Shown: positions 39,901 to 53,093 of the stretch, one piece after another
Numbering within the stretch: the stretch's first letter is position 1
How the letters are laid out: each line of letters opens with the position of its first letter
NCBI GenBank assembly: GCA_013239625.1
Contig: MU053561.1
Location: forward strand, 4,031,992-4,095,991
Direction of reading: 5' to 3'
Length of the DNA: 64,000 nucleotides
Source: Lama guanicoe
Lineage: Eukaryota
The notes under the pieces: model-generated
What the model saw: the letters and a program-made list of their open reading frames with translations, nothing else
Databases searched by the model: none
Told to the model about the DNA's origin: nothing
Position numbers and translations under genes: made by a program

Positions 39901-41849
39901 AAACTATTTATCATCTTTAGGTGTTCTAAACTTGGAGAGTTCCTCCAATCCCTGCCATGTCATAAGAAACAAAAGTCCTCTTTCTTGAATTCCCACAATA
40001 ATGTTAAATTTTGTTCTATAGTGTTTTTTGGCAAGTCTCCATGGACAATTTTTCTTTTCACTCATTCTCATATAAGGCGTGATCTATATATTCTGAATCT
40101 TTGCAAACAACAGGATGTATGAATTATCTTTGGCTGTACTCAGACTCCTGGGCTAATGAATGACTCCTCCTCTCAGTGTTATAGCTGAAGGGCAAGTTGA
40201 TATTCACAGCCCAAGTTGCTACAATTTTTAACAGACTTTCATCTAATTCAGCTTCAGTGGCATTTTCACCTCTAATCATTGTCCGAGGCCCTTATACTTT
40301 AAACAAATGTGATTCAAGAGAATCTATACTTTCCAGCATGTACTATTACCAACATTGTTTTTCCTCTCTGCCTGCACCTACTTTACTTATGAGAACACTT
40401 GTTTAAATGCAATGTTCCAGCACCAGTTCCTCCACATCTCCCCTCCATCCTCTTCCTCAGTTCCTATCCATTTTTGCCACTGGAACTATTTTCCAGGGGT
40501 TCAGTAGCTTTCCCAGTGCACTCACTGATATCATTTTCATAACTGACGAGACTATATCTGTCTTTTTATGAATAGAGAAAGATGGCTGAGTGTAGGAGAA
40601 CAGTTTTTAGGAACTGTCAAAGTGCACACCACATGCCCTAAAAGAATATTTTCTTATTTTCTGGTTTGTGAAAACCCTCAGCCTCTGATCAATCAAGGGA
40701 TTATAGTGAGACTTTTTCCCCCCTAGATGTGCTGTTCCATGAAGTTAAGTGAAACTTGTGTGCTACACAGGATCTATTCCTCCAGTTTTGTTCCATCTCC
40801 CTTTTACTTAACAGATTCTCCTTAGCTTCTAGCATTAGGGTGTCCATCATTTTTAGTCTATTTTAGTTTATCTGGGGTATTTTTTTCCGGTCTTTCAGAG
40901 GTATTTATGTCATTGGGATATTCTGAGGAGCTGTATTGGGAAGTGCAAGCCATATGCCATTTTCAACAGGAAGTACCCTTCCCTGGCTTTCACAAATTAC
41001 ATGGAAATATGATCCTTTCACTCAAAGTTCCTATCTTTCACATTTTTGATAAGTTGGTAAATGTTTCTAAAGGAGGCTGGGACCCTCATAACTGGTTCCC
41101 CCAGTTTTCTGAGGGATTCTGAATATTTGGGGTCAGATTTGATAGTGGTGACTGCTTCGCTCTGGTCCCTTACAATAATGTGTACCAGTTGATGCAGAAA
41201 AGAATCAACTTAATTTTCCAAGCTAATTCTGTGGTCTTGGGAAAACAACCATATAGCACAATCTCCTTCTCCCTCAGCCCTTAGCCCCTGGTCTACTTCT
41301 CTCAACACGGAGCCCTGTGTGCAGGCTCCTCCCAATGACTACACCTCTTCCTTCCCCTACTGTCCAAGTCCTTGAATTTCTCAGCAGTTTTTCACAATTG
41401 CAGAAGCCTCTCATACAATTGCTGGTTAATGGGATAAGGCAAAAACAAAGAAACCCTTGAAGATTGGGCATCCTGGCCTTTGGGTGGGTCAGGATTCCTT
41501 TTGCTATCAGAATTAAGTCCAGTCAGCTCTTCATCAGTGTTCTGAGACATCAAGGCAAATTAAGAATTTCTCATGTGCATTTCCCAATGTTCCTACTATT
41601 CAGTGAATGAGTATATTGCCTCCAAGCCAGAGCAATGATTCCTGTATCAGTCCACCTGGGTAGGTAGCATCACAGGCAACCAGAAACCTCATTACTGATT
41701 AATACTGTCTGCCAATGCATACGCATAGTAAGAACCCCACACAGGTTATTAATAAATGAACTTTCCCTTACTAACTAAATGATTGTGGAAGTGGCCAGGC
41801 ATGGGAGCTCTCAAGATTGTAGCCTAAATGGTGGAACTATTGAATTATT

Positions 41850-42720
41850 TTAGTTTAGCAAACTTATGCAGGGATGATTAAATAGGCGCCAGTTTTAAGA
41901 AAGTCTTCAGTGTTGAGTTAAAGGGCTGTCTCATTGGACCTGCTTATTCAAATCTATAGATGATACAAAGCTAAAAAGAACTATTTTATGGGTTGACAAA
42001 TTAAGTTTCAGTGAACAAACAACAATGGCCTGAAACAAACAAAAGGGGAGAGAGATTCTTAACTAAGAATAAAATTATCTGCATTCAGATTAAAATATTT
42101 AATTGCTTAATATAATAATCTATTCAGGAAGAGCTCAATTTGATAGCAGTTTCTGTGGAAATGTCTTGAGGTTTTAATTTATCAAACACTAAGTATTAAC
42201 CAACTATGCAATCTGACTGAAAAAAAAAAACTGTAATGCTATCAGCCTAAATCCAGACCAAGGAGATTCTAACTCTGTTAGACCCCTCTTGGGATAGCAT
42301 TCAGATGACACATTTGGAGAACACTGGAAAATGAGGGCATCTTCAGAGAAGAGCAACCAGGGTTGTAAAGGATCTAGAAACTGTTACGGGAGAAACAATC
42401 GGTTAAACTATGTTATAGACATTGGAAAAGAGAAGACCTCTATCTTTAAATATTTAAAGTGCTGTCAAATGAAAGAAGGAGCAGATTTACCCTTGTTTGC
42501 TCTATTTCACAAAACTCAAGCCAATGAAACAAAGTTTTGGGGAGTCAGACTTAATTCAACTTAGAAAAGGATGGATTATCTACTTCAGCTGCCCCACAAT
42601 GGAACAGGCGACCTCAATAAAGTAGTGAGCACTTTATCACTGGAGTTCTTCAAGAAAAGTCTCGATGACCCCCGAAATAATTTTGTGCGCGTTGGACAAA
42701 GAGACCTCCAATCTTGAGAA
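41850..42720 (+). mobile_element. CR1/L3 LINE relic (RT to 3' end)
   Basis: DDTKL at ~41959 (FADDTKL motif); EKRR- and IFKYLK-like segments near 42425-42460; CR1-like 3' part caatggaacaggcgacctc...gtagtgagc...atcactggag. Confidence 0.75.
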
Positions 42721-44189
42721 GCTATGTTTTTAAAATTATTTCCCACTAAGATTTTATGACTAATATGTACAGTATGATACCATATGACCAAAAAAGTGAC
42801 TAATGACACCTCACCAAGCATTATCACAATCATTACCACAGGGCATAATAAGAGATAAAATTTTTGTTTGGGGTAGGGCAAGGTGGATCTTCTTAGTGCT
42901 TTTTCACCTAGGCAGTTGTCTAAAGCTGGCTTCAGTATATATACATGCTTGACTGTAGTGGTATCTTTTTAAGATATTGGAAAGAAGCAAAAAAAGGAGG
43001 AAGTTTCATCCTTCAAAGCTTAATCACGCACCTTCATGTGTATTATTTCATTTAGTCCTTGTGACAACCAAGGACAGTAGAAAGTATTGCATCCATTTTA
43101 CAAATGAAGATACTGACACTTAGAGAAGGTAAGAGCCCCAGCTTACACAGCTAGTAAGTGAGGACCACAACACTGTGACAAAGACAAAAAAGAGATAAAT
43201 TGGCTTTCTCAAAGTTGTTTTTTTTTTTTAATGGAATCCTGAATCTCTGAGATGGAAAGAGTTTTAGAGGTTCTTGATTCTAACAATCCAGCAGCAACAT
43301 GAAGTTCTTCTTAGCCCTGAGGAATTAGGTATGTGCCCTTGGAATGAAGGTCAACCTAATAAGAGAATAATGTTGACTTTTAAAACCTAGTGAATCTAAC
43401 AGCTATGCCCTCCTCAACCCCCCTCCAACTGGTTTAGATCAGGCTCCTGCTGTGGACACTCAGGACAGGTTAATGGGTGCCTGGCTTGGGGGCAGAGACC
43501 CCCAGCAGAGTGGTCCCCGAGTATCCTAGTGTTCACCTCTGGAACCTGATGGAGCCTCAGGCCAAACCTTAGTCATTTCCAATCCAGATACCCAGGGAGC
43601 TGTCTCTGTTCCAAACCGCTCCACAGGCCTGCACCCCAGGGAGCAGGCCTCAACGGGAAAGAATGCATTTCTAATATCCATGTTGTCGATTCCATTCCTT
43701 TCTCTGAATCTCCTGACTGGGCCATGGGTGCTTCCATGCTTTGTCAGAGAGAAGGCCCCAAGATGAAGTGCTTGCTGCCCCATAACTTCCTCTCAGCCCT
43801 GCAGGCAGTCCTGGGAGCAGTCCAGCCACAGAGCCAGTGCAAGCAAGAAACTCACGGCTTCCTGTGATTCATTAGCCTCTCGCTTCCCAACTAGTGACAC
43901 ATCCTGCTCAAAAATCAATTTTTTATCTTCATCGAATCTTTGAAGAGGAGCCCAGAAGAACTAAGTGGTGTGAGAAATAAAGGAAAAAGAGAAGTATCTT
44001 GGTTTCCAGTGTTCTTCAGAGTAGAGGTCAAGAGCAGGTTGCACCAGTTCTCTAAATTCTAAAGTGAGAAGGTCTGCCGGGTCTCCGATGACCGCAGCAG
44101 TGCAGCTTCCCCGGCTTCTGTCACACTGTGCAAGGCTCTGTGAAGAACACCGAGTTGTGTTAGACAGTCTCCTCGCCCGTAAGGCTCGA

Positions 44190-44420
44190 GCCTCCTGGTA
44201 GAGCCTTCCCAGATCCTCCAGATCACAACGGCGCCTTTCCCCGTCGCCTCATAGCACCCTACCTGGTCCTCTTCCCATCACACCGTAAGTGGGTCACCGC
44301 TTATGCCCCTTACTACACTAGAAGTTCGTCAAATCCAAGAGCCAGATTTTAATCATCTTGGCAGCTACAGAACACCTAGTGCAGTGCCTGCCATACAGGA
44401 AATGCTCAGTAAGTATGGAA
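44190..44420 (+). mobile_element. L2 3'-end fragment
   Basis: cacctagtgcagtgcctgccatacaggaaatgctcagtaagtatgg tail. Confidence 0.55.
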
Positions 44421-47400
44421 TCAACGCAGTCTTACTGGGGAGATAAAAGATACGTAGGGCTAGATGAGAAGTGCCTGCTAGGCAGTGTAAGTGTAGCATA
44501 AAGGCGCAGAACTCCAGGTGGTGAATCAGCTCATTTGGCTCTGATCCCAGCTCAGTCATTAACAGCTGTGTCAACTTGGCCAGGTTGCTTCTTCTCTTTG
44601 GACCTTGCCATCAAGCTTGATGCCTGCCAAATCAAAGGGCTGGTAAAGATTTCTTCCAGAAAGAGGTACAGAGGTGAGGAATCCCTAAGGGATGGGCAGC
44701 AAAGGTCTGGGTGAACTCACTGTGTTCTGGTAGCCCGACCCTGAACTTCTCCCTCTGGAGGCAGGGCTATCCTCTCGGGATTATGTCTTCTGTTCCCTTT
44801 GCCAGCAGGAGCCAAAGGGGCTCAAGTGGAGAAAACCTGCGCAAAGATCTGCCCCAGCAAACTTCTCTCCATACCACACTTTGCACACCTTGGTTAAGAA
44901 AGAATGCACGTTTTCTGGCCTTCAAATTCCTGGGTATATTTTTCCCACCATTTTGAAAATTAGGACAGCTGCCCATTCCAAGTTTTGAAGCACTACAGAT
45001 TCTACAATTACATCTGCAATTGCATCCGTCCCCTGGGACATAATTCATCTGCCCCTGGGACTGTGATTCACTGGGAGGCGCCGCATGCTCTCTTACCAGC
45101 TCCAGACCTCAGCCTCTGCCGTAACTGTGAGTGGTCTGCATTTTCTATGTGGAAGATAACCTCCTCAACGTAAGAAATGGACAAAACCAGAAATTGAGTA
45201 TATCTGGGTTCTTTCTATTGCCCCTTTATACTTCACCAGCTGTCCCAAGAAGTGGGCTCTGACTCCTCTGATCTTCCTTTTGACTGACCATACTGCTAAA
45301 AGCAGCCCCTTTTGTTCTTGTTCTCAGCACTACAGCAATTTTGGAATTGTGACACTCTTCTTACAGGTGCTAACCTTGGATAGATCACTTCCTTCCACAT
45401 CTCCTGGATGTGCCCTTGGAAAGCTGAACCCCAAGAGAGTTCATATGGCAACTAAATTATTTCTAAAGGTTGTTTCCTTTTCCTTCCTTATCAGGCTCAT
45501 TTGCAGCTGAACAGTCCCAAATATAATTCTTAGATTTTCCCAGCCTTTTGAATCAGTGCTTCTCAGAGCCCTGGATTTACACCTGACTTTCTATGATACC
45601 TGCTTCCCTAAATCTAGGGATGGTGCCAGGGTTCTCATCCTTGGCTACTTCCATCTAAGACTATTTCCCTGCCCACTCCCAATTTTCTGCCATTTCCTTG
45701 TCTTCAAAATTAGTTGTTTCTTATGAATCACCTTTGAGTCTAGAGATTGGAAGGACTCTCTCAAATTCAAAACAATGGCAGTCTCTGTGGGGAGTGGCAG
45801 GGGACATGGAACTGAGGTGGGGATCTAAAAGGAGCTACACTTGATCTAAAAATGGTTTACTTCTCTAATAAGAGTCTAGAACAAACACCTCAAAGCAGTA
45901 ATATCTGTTCATTCTGGGGGTTAGTACATTCAGTTTTGGTAAATTATTCTTGGTATTTTCCCATGCTTTTTTCAAAATAAAACAATACATTAAAAAAATT
46001 AAGTCCAAAATGACCGTTCAATTCATTTTACCTAGAATTTGTCAGATGTTCTGCTTCTTCAGACACTTCAGCACCACCTTTTAGGGCATACCCCTCACAC
46101 CTGCCATGTATACGTAGCTCCAAAGACACTGCTTCTATCTCCCCTCTCTCTCCCCACGTTGCAGTCTTTCTCTAGGTCTTAGCATTCATTTTGATCCCTG
46201 CCTTCCTTCTCAGAATATGTTTCTTTCTGACTTCTGTCTTGCTTTATTCCTTCTACCCTAAGAGTCCAGAAGTCATTTATTCTTTCTGATAAGTTGGGAC
46301 ATAATGGCACATTACTCAGGTCCTTTTGCCTTTTCCTCCTGAGAGTCACAGGATTTTACATAGAGCCTGCATCAGTGGGGACTACCTTCTCTCTTTGACA
46401 GCTAGCTGAGAATAGATTTACCAGAAAAGCTGTCCTAAGCCCCAGATTATTATATGAGGAGGTGGCAGGAGACGACTGGACACCTGGAACTGTGCCCTCC
46501 ACCCTCTTCCAGGGTAAAGAACAAAGAAAGGGAAAGATAGAAAGGCACAAAGACCAACATGATGACATTTAGAGTTTTCCCAACATCAATCCTGTGTAGG
46601 ACACACCATAAAACAGAAGTCATTAAACCAAGCTAGAAACCACACTAACAAAATTTATGAAGGAAGTTTTACTTGCAGGATGGACAGCAGTTATGAAGTT
46701 GTTAAACCACAAACACTTAGCCCACTTCAGTAGGTGAGAAGGGAGGGTCTGGCAATGCATGGAAAGTAACCATAAGCAATGGGGAAGATGAAAGTAGCAT
46801 CATTCAGTCCTGAAGTTATTCTTTTCTTATGAAGCAAAGTCCTTCTTTCTTAAGATCCAGTATTATACAGAGGCATGCAATAAACAGCAGGGCCAAAATT
46901 AAGACTGAAGTAATAAAGGGGATGGTAATTCTGTACCTTAAATCAACTGTAGGCAGAGAATTGTAGGACCATTCTCCACAGTTAATGTAAACCCTTGGAA
47001 TCAGTTGAAGGAAGTAACCAGTGTATATGTATTGTCCTGAATCATTCTGACACCCGAAAGACAGCAGAGTTAGAGGCTCAGAACTAGAATCCACCAGGAA
47101 AAAAATGCTTACTTTATGAAATATGTAGAGTACCTACAGAGCACAGGTTTATTTTTTAATAGTAAACACCAGAACCAGAAATGTACTACTCTCTCTGTCT
47201 TTTTTTAATTTAACGTGTATATAGTTTGGGGTACATACACTCACCATGTTCTTAAATTAATTGCTTAATGAATTCTACATGGTTCATTCTGTAGTATAGG
47301 TCCAGCTCTTATCTAAGAAGAACTCATCTTCTTGTATTTTTAATGAAGTCAACATAAAAGAGTTTGGAGGGATGTTCTTAGGAACTATGTAAAATTGACC

Positions 47401-47699
47401 ACGCTGACATTTGCTGTGAAAGCAGTAGTGCCAAGAAAAGGAAGCTCAGCAAAGCTGCCACTTTTAAATAATTCTTACCTAGGTGAGCCTCATGTGTCAC
47501 TAGATAGGATATTAAAGCTTTTAAAAATTCATTTCTCACCAGGATGGCATTTACAATATAACTGGAAAAGAATGAATTATTATTATGTAAAACACTAAAT
47601 GATAATAAAAGCTCAAAATAATAGTTGAGATATCATGAAAAAATATATGATTTATTGCTACATGAACATTATTGCTATAGGATATCAGAAAAGTGATAA

Positions 47700-49533
47700 A
47701 TAAATCAAAGAAAAACTAAATAAATGGAGAGATATCCCATGTTCATGGATAGAAAGACAATATTGTCAAGATGCTAGTTCTTCCTAACTTGATCTATAGA
47801 GTCAATGTAATCCCAATCAAAATCCCAGCAAGTTATCTTATGGATATCAACAAATTTATCCTAAAGTTTATATAGAGACACAAAAGACCCAGATTAGCCA
47901 ACATGATATTGAGAAGAACAAAGTTGGAGGAGTGATACTAACCCAACTTCAGGACTTACTGTAAAGCTACAGTAATCAGGACAGTATGGATCTGGTGAAA
48001 GGATAGACAAATAAATCAATGAAACAGAATAGAGAGCTAAGAAATAGACTCACATAAATACAATCAACTGATCTTCGACAAAGGAGCAAAGATAATACAA
48101 TGGAGCTAAAATAGTCTCTTCAACAAATAGAGCTGGAACAACTGGACAGCTACATGCAAAAAAAAATGAATCTAGATACAGACTTATACCCTCCACAAAA
48201 ATTAATTCAAATGGATCACAAACTTGAATGTAAAACACAAAACAACAAAACTCCTAGAATATGACCTAGGAGAAAACCTAGATGAACTTGGGTATGATGA
48301 TGACATAGATACAACACCAAAGACAATCTATGAAAGAAATAATAAGCTAGACTTCCTTAAAAATTTCTGCTCTGCAAAAGACAATATCAACAAAATGATA
48401 AGACAAGCCACAGACTGGGAGAAAATATTTGCAAAAGACACACCTGATAAAGGACTACTATTTAAACTATACAAAAAACTCTTACCATTCAACAGTAAGA
48501 AAACAACCGGATTAAAAAGTGGGCCAAACACCTTAACAGATGTTTCACCAAAGAAGATATATGGATGGCAAATACGCATATGAAAAGATGTTCCACATTA
48601 AGATATTATCAAAGAAATGCAAATTAAAACAATGATGAGATACCACTATACACCTATCAGAATCTTAGAATCGCCAAAATCCAGAACACTGACAACACCA
48701 GATGCTGGCAAGGATGGGGAGCAACAGGAACTGCTGGTGAGAATGCAAAATGGTATAGCCACTTTAAAAGATAGTTTGGCAGTTGCTTATAAAACTAAAC
48801 ATACTCTTAGCATACAATCCACAAATCCGCACTTCTTAGTACTTACAAAGGAGTTAAAAACTTAAGTTCACAAAAAAATCCTTCACATGGATGTTTGCAG
48901 CAGTTTTATTCATAGTGGCCAAAACCTGGAAATAACCAAGATGTCCTTCAGCAGGTGAATGGATAAATAAACTGTAGTATATCCAGTCAATGGAATATTT
49001 TCCATGCTAAAAAGAAATAAGCTATCAAGCCATAAAAAGACATAAATGAAACTTAAATGCATATTACTCAACCAAAGAAGCTAATCTGAAAAGGCCACAA
49101 ACTGCATGACTTTAACTGTATGACATTTGGGAAGAGGCAAAACTATGGAGACAATAAAAAGATCAGTGGTTGACAGGTGTGCAGGAGGGTGGAGAGAGAT
49201 AACAAGGCAGAGCACAAAGAATGTTTAGGGCAGTGAAAATAAGCTGTTTGATATTATAATGATGGATACAAGTCATTATACATTTGTCCAAACCCACAGA
49301 ATTTATAACACCAATAGCGAACCCCAGGGTAAACTATGTACTCTGAGTGATTATGATGTGTCAATGTAGGTTCATCCTTAGCAAAAAATGTACCATTCTG
49401 TTGAGTGATGTTGATAATAGGAGAGGCTACGCATATGTGGAGGTGGAAAATACAAAGGAGATCTCTGGACCTTCCTCTCAATTTTGTTGTAAGTTTTAAA
49501 CTTCTCTAAAAAAATAAAAGTGTTTTTTAAAAA
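47700..49533 (+). mobile_element. L1 3' portion (L1MB/L1MC-class): ORF2 C-terminus and 3' UTR, decayed
   Basis: Peptides KNFCSAKDNINKMIRQATDWEKIFA and [15 protein letters not shown]; aagatgtccttcagcaggtgaatggataaataaactgt; ends in aataaaag and A-rich tail. Confidence 0.95.
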
Positions 49534-52500
49534 AGCTTATGCACTGAACAATGAATAAAAGTTAATGGATTACAGTGAAAAATATAGATAAGATAAATTT
49601 CAAGGATGGACAGTGAAAAATATGTGTTGCCTGAATATAAAGCTAAATACATGCATTATAAGTAGTAGTAATAATATTTTACATAGTTTTAGGGCTTTAA
49701 AGCTCCCAAAACCTATTTACATGCATTTCATTTGATATTCACAATATCCAAGTACAACAGGCAAGGTCAGTGTTACCCCCTATTTACAGATGAGAAAACT
49801 AAGGCTCAGAACCCAATCCTTCTGACTTTTAATCCAGTGGTCCTTCAAGGGAAAAAGGGCCAAAATAATTTAACAACATTCTTGATTAATTCTCTAGCCT
49901 TTATTGAGAACTTCAATACTTAAGGTCAGAAAGACTCACAAACCGTGGCTCAGAAAACTTGGGAAATAATCAGGAGATACAGGTACAAGGTATAAAGCAC
50001 AAATGCTCTGAAGTTCAAAAACTCTACAAAATGTTTTGGTGCTGGTGATTTCCTTTTAGACACCATTTCTCACCTTTTGAACCCAGAGATGGAAATGCCA
50101 ATTCAGTCCCAACCACAGCACAGCCAATGAAACACGCCAGGCCTGCTGAGTGAGGAGTCAAGACTTACTAGAATGCTACTTCCTCCGCCTCATCAATTCC
50201 TCATGCCGCCAGAGCCAGTGCGGAAGGGAGGAAATTGCAGTCCTCCCATTTTATGACCATCATGCTGTGGCTGAAGGATTTAAAACAGCCAGCCCAATCA
50301 ATCAGGGAGGCCAGGCACTTTGGAAAGCCTTCTCCTCATGTTTTATTTGTTTCTGTTGCAGCGTCTGTGGAAGTGATGAAGACAAGTCCTTCCTGGCAGC
50401 TGACCCAGCCGGGCTTGCCAACTTGCTCCAGATCTGAGATCAGGGGTTAAGGTTGGGCAGAGCGGGCCTAACCTAGGGTGGCAGGTTCACAGTAGACTTT
50501 CCTTAGAGACTGATCTATTAAGTGTGTTGTACCAACCACCATGGCTGAGAGAGGCTCCCTCCAGGGTCAGCTGAATCTAAATTCAAATTCAGGCTCTGCT
50601 GCTCACTAGCTGTACAATTATGAGCAAATTACTTAACTTCTCTAAGCCTGTTTCCTCTTTTGTAAAACAAGAATAGTAATCCCTACCTCACACCGGCATA
50701 TAGCCTTGCACAAAACGCTAATTGTTAACTATTGCTATTATTGTTGTAATAGCTAGTACCAATTATTATTAAGGGCTTAATATGCCAATAAACTAGTCAG
50801 AGATGAATGAAGTGAAACATCTAAGAGAGTTTGGGTCCAGGACCTTTCAGTCAACAGATCAAAACACTGCTTGTCCTTCCTTCTTTGGAGTGGTTGGGAG
50901 ATATTTTTAGTAGGGAGTGGGTAAAGTGCATTCATTTTCTTTTATATATTATATACCTATTTAGTATATAAAAAAGGAGAAAAAGCCTCCTCCTTCCTTC
51001 CAGCTCCCAGTATCCCCTGGGCTTGGCAGGGATAGAGCCAGGGCCCGCCCACCAGAAGAAGGTGCAGGAGCAGAAGGCAATGGCATTGACACTGCAGTCC
51101 ATGGGGAGGAGGTGCCCGATGCGCCTGGCCACTAGGCTGGCCCCACCCAGGCTGGTGGAGAGCAGCCTCATCAGGGTGAAGCTAGGGAAGGAGTTCTGAG
51201 TCCAGGTCTCTCTGTCCTGGGTCAGGCTGAAAGGAAAGCTTCCTCCAGCAGTTCCCAGCTCTTCCACGTAGAGCCCACACACAATGAGGACGCCAACGTG
51301 TGTGGGGAGGAAGAAGGTTCACTAAACACCTCCAGTTGGTGAGAAATTTATGTACGATTTTCATGCAATCCTCACTACCACTGTAGTACTAATATCTTCA
51401 TTTTAGAAATGATAAAAGTGAGGGGCAAAGACCAAAGTTACACTGCCGGTAAGTGACTGCTCCATCACAGGTGTGTGTGACTCTAAAACCCAGTTCTGTC
51501 TAAGGTTCCTAGGACCTCACCCAGGTCCAAGAAAGAGCTCATGAATCTGGAAATTTGGGAAGTTGTATTCTAGCTACTATTCTGCCACTAACTAGCTGGG
51601 TGACCTTGGAAAAGACTTCCGGGAGCCAGAGATTCCCCAAGGATAAAATGAAACAGTGTCCTCGATGATAGGTAAAAACCTACCACGTCTTGCCTGTATT
51701 CTGGGGGTGTCTGACCCAGTGTGTGCACAGGGCCTAGTGCACTGGGGGAGAGTGGTCCTTGTCGGTGGGATCCATGCAGCACTGTTGGCCCCATCACATC
51801 AGCACTTCCTAGCTCTGTCTGCACAACTTGCTTTCCAGTAGATTCTCTCATCTTCCCCTTCCTCTCCAATCCTACACATACAGTCCCACCCGCTGGGAAG
51901 CATGCCCACTCCTTCTGCCCAAAGCCACACATTCAACAACAATCAAGTGGGTAATACGGAATTTAATAGTGATCCCAGGGTAACATTAAATCAGGTTAAT
52001 TGCTATTTATTTCCTCTGATATTTAGTTATTAATAATTCATGTCCTGAAAGCATGAGGAATCCCCAAATCCCTAAACATTTTGGATCTGAGAAAGGCGTA
52101 ATCTGGCGTTTGGCCTAGGGCTGCACGTGGCCCTTTCCCTCGCCTCCTGCCCAGCCCCAGCCCCATCCACTCAGCCTTGTAAGGAGCCAAAGGCCTCCTG
52201 GAGAGCAGTTCCTGCAGAACGCTGCTCACCCCCGAAAACTCCACAGAGGGCAAGTATGCCTCTAGTTTTCTCCAAACTAATTCAAAACCTGGGGCCCCAG
52301 CTTCACTGGGAGGAGCAAAGGGTCAGGAGTCTGGGAAGTGGGACTCACAGCTAAGTGTTGGCAATTAATCACCTAAGAATATTCCACCAGCAACCCAGAC
52401 CTGGGTGTAGGAAATAGAGCTGAGAGATATTCACTGCCCCAACACTACAAGTCACCCTAGGCGAAAGGCGAGAGAAAGTCAGGATTCACCCCAAGAACAT

Positions 52501-52970
52501 GTTCTAAGGAAGATGAGTGGAACTGACTCAGGTTTACAGGGGGCTGACCCGCAGTGTGGAAGCTAACACAGCCCTGAAGTGGCACATTCCTGATCTGCAT
52601 CCTGGCTCCTTCACTAACTCCTTCACCTCTAGAAAGCTATTCCATCTCTTCCTATCTCTTTAATCTTTGCTCATGTGTAAAATGGGGCTAATCACTTGTC
52701 ACAGAGGGGTTTTGCAAGAATTAAATGAAATAGTGCAAAGATATTTCACTTAGTAAGTGCTATTAGATTATAAGCATTATTGTTTTGGGAACTGGTAGTG
52801 AATCCTGCATCAAAGCCTACACTCTTGTTCGATACATTCAGCTTAGTTTATATAAAGTTTCCATAAATGAATCTTGAGTCCCCCACAATTTCCCACCAGA
52901 AGAAAACTTGCTTTCTTTGAAACAGACATATCGGAGAGGCTCTGTGTTACTGTATAAAAGAAACACATGG

Positions 52971-53093
52971 TGGGTCAGGGCATAACTCAGTGGTAGAGTG
53001 CCTGCTTAGCATGCACGACGTCCTGGGTTCAACCCCCCAGTACCTCCATTAAAATAAATACGTAAATCTAATTACCACCCCTCTAAAAAAGAA
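52971..53093 (+). mobile_element. tRNA-derived camelid SINE (Vic-1-like) with TSD
   Basis: A box taactcagtggtagag, B box gggttcaacccc; TSD AAAAGAAACACATGG (52956-52970) / AAAAGAAAGACATGG (53094-53108). Confidence 0.92.

Noticed and set aside
48050..48865. ORFs with L1 ORF2-like peptides
   Set aside because: Frameshifted fragments of a dead, truncated L1.
52495..52506. Palindrome AGAACATGTTCT
   Set aside because: Lacks the 3-bp spacer of a steroid response element and forms only a single p53-type half-site.
52971..53050. tRNA-like sequence (also at 34500-34578 and 59042-59110)
   Set aside because: SINE heads with A-rich tails (and a clear TSD at the 52971 copy), not tRNA genes.
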